From: a virus
Taxonomy: Duplodnaviria; Caudoviricetes
Virus record (IMG/VR): IMGVR_UViG_3300002307_000070
Span: 1-50,601 of that record
Direction: 5' to 3' (one strand)
DNA length: 50,601 nucleotides
Position numbers and translations under genes: made by a program
The notes under the pieces: generated by a model
What the model saw: only the letters and a program-made list of their open reading frames with translations
What the model was told of the DNA's origin: nothing
Databases searched by the model: none
In this document: positions 38,220 through 48,921 of the stretch, piece after piece
Layout: the number at the start of each line of letters is the position of its first letter
How positions within the stretch are numbered: position 1 is the stretch's first letter

Positions 38220-40933
38220 TGTCCTATGTAGACGCAGTACTAGATTCAAATGCAGATAAAATCTATGTAGTTGAGCGAACCCCTGCAGGTAAGCGCGACT
38301 ACAAAGAATATGCTACCAACTACACCTTCTATTACAGCGACAATAAGGGCAAATTCCGTAGCATATTCGGAGATCCAATCTCTAAGTTTTCGACTCGCAA
38401 GAAAAGCGAATTTGAAAAGGAAAAGCGCATTCATAGCAAGAAAACATTGTATGAAAGCGATGTTCCAGTTGTATTCAGATGCTTAAGCGACAACTACTTA
38501 GGAGCAGAATCTCCTAATCTGCATACTTGTTTTTTTGACATCGAGGTTGACTTTGACCCCGAAAGAGGTTTTAGTCCAACTGATGACCCCTTCAATCCAG
38601 TTACTGCCATATCGTTATATCTCGATTGGCTTGATCAGTTGATTACACTTGCAATTCCTCCCAAACATATGAGTGACGAAACGGCACAAGACCTAGTCAA
38701 AGACTTTCCAAACACTTTCCTGTTTCGCAGCGAAATAGAAATGTTTGAAACTTTCTTTGATCTAATTGAGGACGCGGATGTTCTTACAGGTTGGAACAGT
38801 GAAGGTTACGATATTCCCTATATGGTAAATCGTGTTACTCGTGTAATGAGTAAGAATGACACTCGTAGATTCTGTTTGCTTGGTCAGCTTCCCAAGACTC
38901 GCACATATGAAAGATTCGGTAAAGAAGAACAGACTTACGATCTAGTAGGTCGTATTCATATGGACTATCTACAGTTGTACAAGAAGTATAACTATGAAAG
39001 TCGTCATAGTTATAGCCTTGATGCAATTGGCGAAATGGAAGTCGGTGAAAGAAAAACACAATATGAAGGTAGCCTTGATCAGTTGTACAACAAGGACTTT
39101 AAGAAGTTCGTAGAGTACAATCGCCAGGATACAATGCTGATGGTCAAGATTCACAACAAGCTCAAGTTTCTTGATCTTGCAAACGCACTAGCTCACGAAA
39201 ATACTGTATTGTTGCCAACTGTCATGGGATCGGTGGCAATGATTGAAATGGCTATCTACAATGAAGCGCATAGCCGTGACATGATCGTGCCTGATAAAAA
39301 GCGCAAAAACAAATTTGCTAGCGAAGAACAACAGGCTGCTGGCGCCTATGTTGCTGTTCCAAAGAAGGGCATACATGAATGGGTAGGGGCAGTTGACATT
39401 AACAGTCTATATCCTTCTGCTATCCGCGCATTGAACATGGCTCCAGAAACTATCATAGGACAGGTTCGTCAAACGATTACTGACAAGTATATGCGAGACA
39501 AGAGTTTAGCTCTTGCCAAAGAAAAGCGTAAAAAGAAAAACGGTGACGATGCTGATGCAGTTACTGGCGCTATTCTTTGGGAAAATCTGTTTGGGTCGTT
39601 AGAATATACTGCGATCATGAATCAAGAGCGTGGCACTATTTTAACGATTGATTATGAAGATGGTCGCAGTGAAGAAATGAGTGCAGCAGAGATATGGAAA
39701 TTTATCTTTGATAGACATAATCCATATATCTTAAGTGCTAACGGAACTATATTTACATATGAGAAAGAAGGTGTAATCCCAGGACTACTGTCGCGCTGGT
39801 ACACAGAGCGTAAAAGTATCCAAAAGCAAGCCAAAGAAGCTTATGGAACTGACATGTATGACTATTACGATAAACGACAATTGGTTCGTAAGATTCTGCT
39901 AAACTCGGCATATGGTGCGCTTCTTAATGAGCATTGTCGGTTCTATGACAAGCGTATCGGTCAGAGTGTTACGTTAAGCGGTCGTCAAGTCGTTAAGCAT
40001 ATGATGAGTAAAATCAATGAAATCATTGCAGACGAATACAAGCATGATGGTTCTGCTATTGTGTATGGTGACACTGATAGCTGCTATTTCAGTGCTTATC
40101 CAATCATCAAAAATCAAATTGACAAAGGTGAATTAGTGTGGAACAAGGAAACTTGTATTGAGTTGTATGATACAATTGCAGACCATGTTAACTTAAGTTT
40201 TCCTTCTTTCATGGAGCAGGCATTTCATTGTCCTCGTAAGAACGGCGAAGTAATCAAAGCTGGTCGTGAACTTATTGGTGATAGAACACTGTTCATTACT
40301 AAAAAACGCTATGCTATCAACATTTTTGATAAAGAAGGCAAGCGCAAAGACATCGGTAACAAGATGGGCGAGATTAAGGCCATGGGTCTTGATCTTAAGC
40401 GAGCAGATACGCCTAAGTATGTGCAGAACTTTTTGATGGAAGTGCTTGAGTTAGTGCTAGCTGGCGCACACAAAGATGAAATCATTGAAAAGATTAGAAA
40501 TTTTAAGATTTGGTTGGGAGAACAAGATAGCTGGACTAAAGGTTCTCCTAGAAGTGTCAACAAGTTAACATACTATGGTGAATTAGAAGAACGCAATGGT
40601 AAAACGACTATGCCCGGGCATGTTCGCGCAGCATTGAACTACAATCGTTTGCGTAGAATGAACGGTGACAACTATAGTCAGCGTATCACCGACGGTATGA
40701 AGGTCGTAGTTTGCAAACTGAGAAACAACTTAATGGGATATACAAGTATCGCATATCCAACCGACGAGTTGCGTTTGCCCAAATGGTTTATTGATCTACC
40801 GTTTGATGACAATGAAATGGAAAGAACACTGGTAGATGAAAAGATAGACAATTTGCTAGGTGTTCTTAATTGGGATATTAGAGCCAAAACAAGTACTAAT
40901 AGTTCATTTGATGATTTATTCAGTTTTGGTTAA
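38219..40933 (+). CDS. family B DNA polymerase (gp43-like)
   Basis: Exo FDIE, WNSEGYD, YNRQD; pol DINSLYPS, KILLNSAYG, YGDTDS, KKRY. Confidence 0.97.
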   Translation: MSYVDAVLDSNADKIYVVERTPAGKRDYKEYATNYTFYYSDNKGKFRSIFGDPISKFSTRKKSEFEKEKRIHSKKTLYESDVPVVFRCLSDNYLGAESPNLHTCFFDIEVDFDPERGFSPTDDPFNPVTAISLYLDWLDQLITLAIPPKHMSDETAQDLVKDFPNTFLFRSEIEMFETFFDLIEDADVLTGWNSEGYDIPYMVNRVTRVMSKNDTRRFCLLGQLPKTRTYERFGKEEQTYDLVGRIHMDYLQLYKKYNYESRHSYSLDAIGEMEVGERKTQYEGSLDQLYNKDFKKFVEYNRQDTMLMVKIHNKLKFLDLANALAHENTVLLPTVMGSVAMIEMAIYNEAHSRDMIVPDKKRKNKFASEEQQAAGAYVAVPKKGIHEWVGAVDINSLYPSAIRALNMAPETIIGQVRQTITDKYMRDKSLALAKEKRKKKNGDDADAVTGAILWENLFGSLEYTAIMNQERGTILTIDYEDGRSEEMSAAEIWKFIFDRHNPYILSANGTIFTYEKEGVIPGLLSRWYTERKSIQKQAKEAYGTDMYDYYDKRQLVRKILLNSAYGALLNEHCRFYDKRIGQSVTLSGRQVVKHMMSKINEIIADEYKHDGSAIVYGDTDSCYFSAYPIIKNQIDKGELVWNKETCIELYDTIADHVNLSFPSFMEQAFHCPRKNGEVIKAGRELIGDRTLFITKKRYAINIFDKEGKRKDIGNKMGEIKAMGLDLKRADTPKYVQNFLMEVLELVLAGAHKDEIIEKIRNFKIWLGEQDSWTKGSPRSVNKLTYYGELEERNGKTTMPGHVRAALNYNRLRRMNGDNYSQRITDGMKVVVCKLRNNLMGYTSIAYPTDELRLPKWFIDLPFDDNEMERTLVDEKIDNLLGVLNWDIRAKTSTNSSFDDLFSFG

Positions 40934-40941
40934 TCAATACA

Positions 40942-40970
40942 TTGACAATAGATTAAAATCCGTATATTAT
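40942..40970 (+). promoter_or_regulatory. sigma70-type promoter
   Basis: TTGACA-N17-TATTAT; a TAAATA follows near 40987. Confidence 0.6.
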
Positions 40971-41009
40971 ACACAATATAAACCCCTAAATACATTCAAA
41001 GGAAACAAC

Positions 41010-41753
41010 ATGAAAGATTTTTTGTTAGATTTAGTACAATACGCCACGGTAACTAGCACATTTGACAGTGTTAGAATTGACAGCACTGATGAAGGTGTAG
41101 AAGTTACTGCACACGAGACTACGCAGGAGCCCCGTTTTATTCTAGAAGGACGATATGATGCAAACTTCTTTGGAGAAAACGCTACTTTTGGTATGCCTAA
41201 TCTCAGCAAGCTCAAGATTATTCTTGGTTTTGACGAATATGACGAACATGCTAAGATTGGATTGTCGCATCAGAAGAGCGATGGCGGCAATGATGTAGTA
41301 TCTGGTATTGAATTTAATACCGGAAACGATGACTTCAACAACAGATATCGCTTCATGGCTAAGGCATTGATTGAAGAAAAGTATCGTAAGGTCTTGATGA
41401 AGATCAAGCCCACATTTACTGTTGAGTTTGAGCCATCAGTGAATGGTATCGTTCGTATGAAAAAGCAGTTTCAGGTTTTGAGTGACCAAGAACACTTTAT
41501 GATTAAGCTTGAAAACGGTAATCTAAATGTATATATTGGTGACCCTAGCACACAGAACGCTAACTTCACTTTTCAGACTAATGTATCCGGTACGTTGTCT
41601 AAGAACTGGCTTTACCCATCAAAATTATTCTTGCCCATTCTTGACCTCCCCGGTGATAAGAAGATTCGCTTAAGTGCAGAAGGTCTTGCAGAAATTCACA
41701 TTGACAGTGGACTTAGCAAGTGGGTATATAAGATTCCTGCATTGAGCAAGTGA
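41010..41753 (+). CDS. probable sliding clamp (gp45-like)
   Basis: 247 aa after the polymerase; FGMPNLSKL, YRFM, terminal YKIPA; AAGGA SD at ATG 41010. Confidence 0.65.
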   Translation: MKDFLLDLVQYATVTSTFDSVRIDSTDEGVEVTAHETTQEPRFILEGRYDANFFGENATFGMPNLSKLKIILGFDEYDEHAKIGLSHQKSDGGNDVVSGIEFNTGNDDFNNRYRFMAKALIEEKYRKVLMKIKPTFTVEFEPSVNGIVRMKKQFQVLSDQEHFMIKLENGNLNVYIGDPSTQNANFTFQTNVSGTLSKNWLYPSKLFLPILDLPGDKKIRLSAEGLAEIHIDSGLSKWVYKIPALSK

Positions 41754-42133
41754 TGATCAAAACAGTTAACGGTTCTGGTAGATATATGATGGTCAACGGG
41801 GGATTCCCAGCGACCACATATATCAATACTAGTTCAGGATATATGAATGTAGGCGATGTTAGATATAACACTAGCCTACAGCGGTTAGAAGTATATGACG
41901 GTAACATTTGGCTGGAACTTAATACCAGTCATGCTAGTGTTGGGTTAACGCCTGATGCTGAGTCTGCACTTGATTGGGCACTCAAAAGAATGCGCGAAGA
42001 CATGGAACTTGAAATGTTAGCAAAGTCTAACCCATCTATTGCCGATCTTGTCAATCAAAAGAAAGAACTTGATGATAAGATCAAAATGGTACAAACATTA
42101 ATTAAAGAAGAAGTTAAAGTTGGAACAAATTAA
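41750..42133 (+). CDS. hypothetical protein
   Basis: GDVRYN...LEVYDG..W motif plus coiled coil. Confidence 0.6.
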   Translation: MMIKTVNGSGRYMMVNGGFPATTYINTSSGYMNVGDVRYNTSLQRLEVYDGNIWLELNTSHASVGLTPDAESALDWALKRMREDMELEMLAKSNPSIADLVNQKKELDDKIKMVQTLIKEEVKVGTN

Positions 42134-43673
42134 TCTTTCAAACAGTCACAACCCTGATTGGGCTTTGTTTCTGCCTGCAATCTCGTCTTTCTTCATTAGC
42201 GGCTTAGGTAAGCAGCGTGAAGGTGAAAACTATTTTGACTCAGCGAGAATCCCCGCAGGATTCAACGGTGACGTTGAATGTTTGAATTTCTTCAATAGCA
42301 AGCAAGGCTTATTTACATATAAGTGGGGCTTGTATTCTGCTGGTCACGCGAACCTAGACATTACTAAGGATGACCATAACGAATCAATTATCCGCAAGAG
42401 AGAAGAAGGTACTTTTCTTCTAGGAGACTCAGGTGGATTCCAGATTCTTAAGTGTCAGTGGCCAGCAGATTGGAAGGATCCCAACTGCCCTCGCGCAATG
42501 AAGAAAAGAACAGAGGTTCTTCGTTGGATGGATGAATACATGGATTATGGAATGTGTCTTGATATTCCATCGCAGAGTCTTACAACTTATCATATCAAGG
42601 ATAAGAAGACTGGTAAATCAGCACACGGTATTAAGACTATTGAAGATGCTATTAAGGCAACTCATATCAATAACGAATACTTCATCAATAATCGTGATGG
42701 TCGCTGCAAGTTCTTAAACGTGTTGCAGGGTCGTAATCATGGACAGAGCGATGCATGGTATGAAGAAATGAAAAAGTACTGCGATACCAATATCTATGGT
42801 GATCGTGCCTTCAATGGTTGGGCTTTTGGTGGTCAAAACAAAATTGACATTCACTTGATGCTTAAGAGACTTATTCACATAATTCATGATGGCTTCTTAG
42901 AAGAAGGCAAGCACGATCTTGTTCACTGTCTGGGTACTAGCATTCTAGAATATGCAGTGCTATTCAGCGACATTCAAAGAGCAATTCGCAAATATCATAA
43001 CCCAAAGTTCAAAATTACTTTTGACTGCGCTAGCCCATTCTTCGGTGCGGCAAAGGGTCTTGCCTATACTTATGTTGGGCATGACAACCGCAAGAAGTGG
43101 ACTTATAGTATGGATAAGACTGCCGAGGATAAAAAGTATGCAACCGATACCAGAAAACTAAGTGTTGCTTTACTTCAAGATGGTATACATAAGACTTTCA
43201 CCGACAGTCCTATTACTGACAGACTTGTAATGAAGGACTTATGTTATCGTGGTCAGGGATTCTTGAACAATCAAGGGCGCGAAACTAAGACTAGTTGGGA
43301 CACTCTTAGCTATACATTGATTCAAGCACATAATGTCTATCAGCATATTTGGGCTGTTCAAGAAGGCAATCGCAAATATGATCAGGGTGTAGTTCCTGCT
43401 ATGATCGTTGACAAATTAGGTCATTTAAGCTTTGGTAAAATTATTGACGAGATTTTTAGTTTTAACGATAGGCAAAAGAGCTTAGAATTACTAGAATATT
43501 ACAGCGGCTTTTGGACACAAATGAAAGCTGGTCAAGGATTTAGTGGCAAACGAGCTATTAATAGTGACACAACCTTCAATGATCTTTTCGGGTTTGAAGA
43601 AATTGAAATTGAATATGATGAAGAAATCGTAGATAGCGACGATGCAATGATGGAGAATTTATTAGATGACTGA
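42120..43673 (+). CDS. TGT/DpdA-like guanine transglycosylase
   Basis: GDSGGFQ, LDIP, VLQG, WAFGG, HCLG, FDCAS in TGT-barrel order; near folE and queD homologues. Confidence 0.75.
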   Translation: MEQINLSNSHNPDWALFLPAISSFFISGLGKQREGENYFDSARIPAGFNGDVECLNFFNSKQGLFTYKWGLYSAGHANLDITKDDHNESIIRKREEGTFLLGDSGGFQILKCQWPADWKDPNCPRAMKKRTEVLRWMDEYMDYGMCLDIPSQSLTTYHIKDKKTGKSAHGIKTIEDAIKATHINNEYFINNRDGRCKFLNVLQGRNHGQSDAWYEEMKKYCDTNIYGDRAFNGWAFGGQNKIDIHLMLKRLIHIIHDGFLEEGKHDLVHCLGTSILEYAVLFSDIQRAIRKYHNPKFKITFDCASPFFGAAKGLAYTYVGHDNRKKWTYSMDKTAEDKKYATDTRKLSVALLQDGIHKTFTDSPITDRLVMKDLCYRGQGFLNNQGRETKTSWDTLSYTLIQAHNVYQHIWAVQEGNRKYDQGVVPAMIVDKLGHLSFGKIIDEIFSFNDRQKSLELLEYYSGFWTQMKAGQGFSGKRAINSDTTFNDLFGFEEIEIEYDEEIVDSDDAMMENLLDD

Positions 43674-43857
43674 AATCAAGCGTTTAGAAAACTTATTTAA
43701 CACTCTCACTGAACAGGCTGCTATAAGTAGGAGTGCGGGAAAGGACACCTATGAAATTGACAAACAGTGTAACAGTGTGCTAGAAGAGATTATTGAGAGA
43801 CGCAGAAATATCTACAACGACCAGTTTCGTTTGAATATGGATAATTATGACTATTGA
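43666..43857 (+). CDS. hypothetical protein
   Basis: GGAG SD; overlaps both neighbours. Confidence 0.5.
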   Translation: MTEIKRLENLFNTLTEQAAISRSAGKDTYEIDKQCNSVLEEIIERRRNIYNDQFRLNMDNYDY

Positions 43858-44281
43858 GAATCAGAACCAAGCGTTGAATGATAAGTTTGTTCGTATCAGT
43901 GACCAGGCCAAGCGCATGATCTGGGTTACTTTTCAGCAAGAAGGTATCCACATGTATCCTGGTGCAGACACTGATCCAAGTTTGGCAACTAATGACGAAT
44001 ATGATGTTAGTTTCCTAGGTTACCCCCATCGTCACATTTTTCATTTTAAGGTGGCGATAGAGGTCTTTCACAATGACCGTGATATTGAGTTTATTCAGTT
44101 CAAGCGTTGGCTACAGAATAGCTTCCGTGATGAAGTGATGAAACTTGACCATAAGTCTTGCGAAATGATTAGCGATGAACTATATATGTATATAGCGAAT
44201 CGCTACCCCAATCGTGATATTGAAATCACCGTATCAGAAGACGGTGAGAACGGTGCCACAATTTACTATAACAACTTTTAA
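43847..44281 (+). CDS. QueD-like T-fold protein with LxxxHRHxF motif (DpdL-like)
   Basis: LGYPHRHIF, SCEMI, VSEDGENGA; lacks the canonical CxxxHGH. Confidence 0.7.
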   Translation: MTIENQNQALNDKFVRISDQAKRMIWVTFQQEGIHMYPGADTDPSLATNDEYDVSFLGYPHRHIFHFKVAIEVFHNDRDIEFIQFKRWLQNSFRDEVMKLDHKSCEMISDELYMYIANRYPNRDIEITVSEDGENGATIYYNNF

Positions 44282-44306
44282 CCACTAGCCATCTAAGGAG
44301 TATATA

Positions 44307-44531
44307 ATGGCAAATAATACCACTAAGACCCATATCAATCAGGTTTTTAACGATCTTGATAGTTATCGCATGTTTTGCCGTGATCATGGATATAGGTTTA
44401 ACGAAGCTGAGCTATACAATCAGAAGAGTTATGTATACCGTCAGTTTCAGAAGTTTGTTGCTGGCAAGCCAGTAAAGAACCAGTGGGAAATTGATCTAGC
44501 AAGATTCAAGGAAGAAGCTGCTAGTAATTAA
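44307..44531 (+). CDS. hypothetical protein
   Basis: AAGGAG SD; 74 aa. Confidence 0.65.
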   Translation: MANNTTKTHINQVFNDLDSYRMFCRDHGYRFNEAELYNQKSYVYRQFQKFVAGKPVKNQWEIDLARFKEEAASN

Positions 44532-44557
44532 GTTTAGGGGTCGCAAGACCCCTAAAC
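44532..44557 (+). other. stable GCAA-tetraloop hairpin (terminator or mRNA stabiliser)
   Basis: GTTTAGGGGTC-GCAA-GACCCCTAAAC; no U tail on the plus strand. Confidence 0.65.
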
Positions 44558-44571
44558 CAATAGAGGAATAT

Positions 44572-45750
44572 ATGAGAAAACTATTTTATCTGGGGCTGGA
44601 ATCTTACCAAGCAAGATACACCCTACAACTTACAGAGTGGAACCGTAGAGTGTTTGAACGACGGGGAATTGATGTCGTTTATGTTCCGGGAGAAACACTT
44701 GATAACAGTCAGCGAATTAGCGTAGGTCAGGTTCTTGACGCGCATGGTCGTTCATACTTTGGTATGAGCCAGATGATGAATCTTGTTAAGATGATGCAAC
44801 AGGGTGAAGTCACTAGCGAAGACGTTATCTATTTTGAAGATATGTTTCAGCCGGGCTTTGAAAGTCTGCCTTATATCATTGATCAGCTTCCCGAACATAT
44901 GTGGCCTCGTATCTATGTTCGCTGTCTCGCACAGACGATTGACCCCGATGATTTTGTTCATGTATGGGGCATGGATCGTTGGATGAGAGCATATGAACAG
45001 ATGGTATGTTCTAGCGTTACAGGTGTTCTTGCAACTAACGAAGAAATGGTTGCACACATGCGAATTGCTGGCTGGGACACCCCGATTTACAATATCTCAG
45101 GTCTTGCTTTTGGTAAGAACGAAGTCATTGAACGTGTTGGCGGAAAGATTAAGAACTTTAATGATCGTCGTTTACGTGTTGTATTCTCAGCACGATGGGA
45201 CCAAGAGAAGCAGCCTGATTTCTACATGGATGTTATTGAAGCTTGGCGTGAGCGTTATCCTAGCAAAGATGTTGAGTTTGTTGTCTGTTCAGGTGGCGAA
45301 TTGAAGTCAAACAACGATAGCTACATGGCTCGCACTCGTAAGATGGTTGAAGGTGGCAAGCTTGTTATCTATGATAATCTTGACAAGAACCGTTACTATG
45401 AAATTGTGAATGATAGTCGTGTTGTGTTCAACTGTGCATTACAAGACTGGACTAGTAATACTGTTAGCGAAGCAGATGCACTTGGTTGTAATGTTCTTTA
45501 TCCTGCATATCGTAGCTTCCCTGAGACTTTTGCAAACGATAGCGAACGACTTTATATTCCTTGGTCTATTAATGACGCAGTGAGCAAGTTAGACAACCTA
45601 TTGAAGAAGGCTCACCCTAACATGGGCAAGATCAGTGATTGGAACGACGGTACAATTGATCGTATCTGTGACATTCTTGAGGGTAAAGGTGAGCAATACA
45701 ATCGTGATGGTGTTGACTATCGCAAGCATACTCGTGAGGCAAAGTACTAA
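44572..45750 (+). CDS. GT-B fold glycosyltransferase
   Basis: VFSARWDQEKQP and NTVSEADALGC...YRSFPE nucleotide-sugar-binding region. Confidence 0.8.
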   Translation: MRKLFYLGLESYQARYTLQLTEWNRRVFERRGIDVVYVPGETLDNSQRISVGQVLDAHGRSYFGMSQMMNLVKMMQQGEVTSEDVIYFEDMFQPGFESLPYIIDQLPEHMWPRIYVRCLAQTIDPDDFVHVWGMDRWMRAYEQMVCSSVTGVLATNEEMVAHMRIAGWDTPIYNISGLAFGKNEVIERVGGKIKNFNDRRLRVVFSARWDQEKQPDFYMDVIEAWRERYPSKDVEFVVCSGGELKSNNDSYMARTRKMVEGGKLVIYDNLDKNRYYEIVNDSRVVFNCALQDWTSNTVSEADALGCNVLYPAYRSFPETFANDSERLYIPWSINDAVSKLDNLLKKAHPNMGKISDWNDGTIDRICDILEGKGEQYNRDGVDYRKHTREAKY

Positions 45751-45998
45751 TGCTTATTAAAACTATTGATGAACAAGTTAGAGACGCTATGATCAGGTAT
45801 CAATATGAAACCGGCAGTGAAGATACTTGTCTAAGAATTACAATGGACGTACTACCTATTGTGGGTGAAGGTAAAAAATTAATGGTTATGTTTGATGAAC
45901 ATACAAATGAACTTATAGTTTCGTATGATAACTCACAAAATACTAGAAAAGTGTTTGCTATTTCTAATTCAATAGTAAGTGATGAAGAAGATTTTTAA
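45750..45998 (+). CDS. hypothetical protein
   Basis: TAATG coupling at both ends. Confidence 0.5.
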   Translation: MLIKTIDEQVRDAMIRYQYETGSEDTCLRITMDVLPIVGEGKKLMVMFDEHTNELIVSYDNSQNTRKVFAISNSIVSDEEDF

Positions 45999-46222
45999 TG
46001 TCAGACCATTCGTTATATAATGACTATGTAGAGTTTCATGCGATGAAAGTAATGGAAGGACATGATCCATTAGTAATTGCAGCACTATTAGTTGTTCAAG
46101 CGTTGAGCATGTATAAGACTATGCTAGACGAAGATGGATATAATAGTATGGTTGATAAAATCAGTGAATCTAGAAATCAAGTTCTTCCTTTAGTTACCCC
46201 TGCAGGAGCTACATTACAGTGA
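45998..46222 (+). CDS. hypothetical protein
   Basis: Coupled 74 aa ORF. Confidence 0.55.
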   Translation: MSDHSLYNDYVEFHAMKVMEGHDPLVIAALLVVQALSMYKTMLDEDGYNSMVDKISESRNQVLPLVTPAGATLQ

Positions 46223-47301
46223 ACATTGAAGATAGCATAAAACTAGACTTTAGTGATGTGTTAATTCGTCCAAAACGCAGCACATTATCAAGCCGTAAGC
46301 AAGTTGATTTAGTCAGGCACTATAAGTTTAAGCATAGCAGTAAAGAATATACAGGGGTTCCCATCATGGCCGCTAACATGGATGGCGTAGGTACTTTAGC
46401 TATGGCAAAAGAACTTGGCACTCATTCTATGTTCACTTGTTTAGTTAAGACTTACACATCTGCTGGACTAGAAGAATATGACGGCAATGTAGATTTCAGT
46501 CATGTTGCTGTTAGTACCGGAACAAGTGATAGTGATTTTGCTAAGCTACAAGAGCTATTGAATAATTATCCATTTCAATATATCTGCATTGATGTAGCAA
46601 ATGGGTATAGTGAATATTTTGGTCAGTTTGTAACTAAGGTTCGTGAGAAATATCCAACACATACAATTATTGCAGGTAACGTTGTTACCGCAGATATGAC
46701 ACAGGAGTTAATTTTACGTGGAGCAGACATTGTTAAAGTGGGCATCGGTCCTGGCAGCATGTGTACTACTCGTATACAGACTGGTGTTGGTTATCCCCAG
46801 CTATCGGCCATCATCGAGTGCGCGGATGCTGCACATGGCCTTGGAGGCCATATTATTGCTGATGGTGGCTGTACTTGTCCTGGTGATGTGGCCAAAGCCT
46901 TTGGTGCTGGAGCCGATTTCGTTATGTTGGGCGGACTGTTAGCCGGTCACGATGAAGGCGGTGGCGAGATTATTACTAAGTATTTTCAAACCAATCAATA
47001 CTACGTTATGGAAAACGGTAAAACTGCATATGTAGACGAAGAGAAAAAGTTTGTGCAGTTTTATGGTATGAGTAGTGACACTGCTATGAAGAAGCATTAT
47101 GGTGGAGTTGCTGAGTATCGTAGCAGTGAAGGTCGTACAGTAGAGATTCCGTATAAGGGTCCAGTTGAAAAGACTGTATTAGATATTCTTGGTGGTTTAA
47201 GAAGTGCGTGTACGTATACCGGAGCTTCCGAACTTAAGCACTTGAGTAAATGTACTACGTTCGTTCGGGTAAATAATCAGTTTAATAGAGTCTTTGTGTA
47301 G
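46219..47301 (+). CDS. guaC: GMP reductase
   Basis: [54 protein letters not shown]. Confidence 0.95.
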   Translation: MNIEDSIKLDFSDVLIRPKRSTLSSRKQVDLVRHYKFKHSSKEYTGVPIMAANMDGVGTLAMAKELGTHSMFTCLVKTYTSAGLEEYDGNVDFSHVAVSTGTSDSDFAKLQELLNNYPFQYICIDVANGYSEYFGQFVTKVREKYPTHTIIAGNVVTADMTQELILRGADIVKVGIGPGSMCTTRIQTGVGYPQLSAIIECADAAHGLGGHIIADGGCTCPGDVAKAFGAGADFVMLGGLLAGHDEGGGEIITKYFQTNQYYVMENGKTAYVDEEKKFVQFYGMSSDTAMKKHYGGVAEYRSSEGRTVEIPYKGPVEKTVLDILGGLRSACTYTGASELKHLSKCTTFVRVNNQFNRVFV

Positions 47302-47379
47302 TGAGTGATAAATAATACTGTTAGGGTATGATAGATCCTAGCGCATATGATAAACCAATATAAGGAGTTAGGAACTTAT

Positions 47380-48219
47380 ATGCAACAATATTATGTTTAC
47401 GCCTACCTTAACCCATTAGTACCGGGTAGATTCTCAACTGATACTCTTTCTTTTTTATACAAACCTTTTTATATAGGAAAAGGTAAGGATGGTCGCCTAT
47501 ATGACCATCTCAAAGACGCCAGGCCCACCCGAAAATTCAAAAACAGTCACAAACTTAATACTATACGAGAAATAGTAAACACTGGCATGCAACCAATAAT
47601 AATTAAACTTGCTGAATGTTTAACCGAAGACGATGCTGTGCGAGTTGAACAAACCCTCATTAAGCAGCTTAAAGTAACACATGGGTTGACAAACATCCGA
47701 ACCTCATCCTGGACATCTAGCGAGACTAGATCAACAAAGAAAAAGCAATTCAACAATCCTAGAAAAAACACCATAACAGTGTATAATAAACTGCTAGGCG
47801 AACACGCTATACTTAAGCAAGACCAGCTAGAACTGTTCATTGAAATATTCGGCGCCGGCAACATAATCAACACCTCAATCATCCCTACTAGAGTGGGAAC
47901 CCAGCAACGCAAAGCTAGACATGGCACTATAAATGGTATGTACGGTAAATCTGCTGTTAAAGGAAAAAGATGGTGTATAGTAAACGACGAAGAAAAGTTT
48001 TTATCACCCGAAGAAATTGACAATCTCAAATCATTAGACTATAATATAGTCTATGGAAGAAAATACAAACCCTTAGGTAAAAGAATTATATTTGAGGGGG
48101 AACTAAAAGGCAAATACCGCACTGATTCTGATATAGATAACTTCCCCAATCAGAAGTATCAATACGGATTAGTTTGGAACAGCACCAAAGATACTTTTAT
48201 TAATCATAAACTAGTATGA
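47380..48219 (+). CDS. free-standing GIY-YIG (LEM-3-like) homing endonuclease
   Basis: YYVYAY...PFYIGKG..R...H...E..LI...LTN; NGMYGK; lies between guaC and folE. Confidence 0.8.
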   Translation: MQQYYVYAYLNPLVPGRFSTDTLSFLYKPFYIGKGKDGRLYDHLKDARPTRKFKNSHKLNTIREIVNTGMQPIIIKLAECLTEDDAVRVEQTLIKQLKVTHGLTNIRTSSWTSSETRSTKKKQFNNPRKNTITVYNKLLGEHAILKQDQLELFIEIFGAGNIINTSIIPTRVGTQQRKARHGTINGMYGKSAVKGKRWCIVNDEEKFLSPEEIDNLKSLDYNIVYGRKYKPLGKRIIFEGELKGKYRTDSDIDNFPNQKYQYGLVWNSTKDTFINHKLV

Positions 48220-48234
48220 GTAAGGAGAAACATT

Positions 48235-48921
48235 ATGAGTTTTGATAAGACAAAAACAGACCCCAAGCTTGGTAAAAAGATCCGAGAATACCTAATTTCT
48301 AAGGGCGTTGAAACGCCTATCGTAGATTCTGCATTAGAAATAGAAAACAAGAAAAAAATTGATGTTATTGAAGAAGCATTCATGACTATTTGGAAAACGC
48401 TGGGCATGGATATGACAGATGATAGTCTTGCTGAAACACCGAACAGAATGGCAAAAATGTATGTCAATGAAATATACTTCGGTCTTAAGGAAGAAAACTT
48501 TCCCAAATGCACAACCGTTGACAACAAGATGCAATATGATGAAATGGTTGTAGAGCGCAATGTAATTGTAATGAGCAACTGCGAACATCACGGTGTAGTT
48601 ATTGATGGTCTGGCTACTGTTGCTTATGTTCCAAACAAGAAGGTTCTTGGTCTCTCAAAGATCAATCGTATCGTTGAATACTTTGCAAAGCGTCCTCAGA
48701 TTCAGGAACGGTTGACTGAGCAGGTATTTCATGCTCTTTGCTATATTCTTGAAACCGATGATGTTGCGGTTATGATTGATGCAAAGCATTATTGTGTGGC
48801 TAGTCGAGGTGTTGAGGACACTGGTTCAAGCACCGTAACTTGCAAGCTTGGCGGAGGGTTCAAGACTGATCCAGCAGCAAGAGCAGAGTTTCTTAGCATC
48901 GCAAGAATGGGCAAGTGTTAA
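48235..48921 (+). CDS. folE: GTP cyclohydrolase I
   Basis: ETPNRMAK, CEHH, GLSKINR, RPQIQERLT, HYCVASRG. Confidence 0.95.
   Translation: MSFDKTKTDPKLGKKIREYLISKGVETPIVDSALEIENKKKIDVIEEAFMTIWKTLGMDMTDDSLAETPNRMAKMYVNEIYFGLKEENFPKCTTVDNKMQYDEMVVERNVIVMSNCEHHGVVIDGLATVAYVPNKKVLGLSKINRIVEYFAKRPQIQERLTEQVFHALCYILETDDVAVMIDAKHYCVASRGVEDTGSSTVTCKLGGGFKTDPAARAEFLSIARMGKC

Noticed and set aside
38219-40933. Intein or intron in the DNA polymerase
   Set aside because: Continuous 904-aa ORF with all motifs; no intein splice motifs or endonuclease insert seen
40860-41009. Extended N-termini in the ORF track (also 7487, 7327, 18064, 37968, 47347)
   Set aside because: They run through promoters or upstream genes; downstream ATGs have SD or promoter support
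47321-47381. Structured leader or riboswitch upstream of the endonuclease-folE unit
   Set aside because: Only short weak stems (TAGG/CCTA, ATATAAG/CTTATAT); no recognisable aptamer pattern
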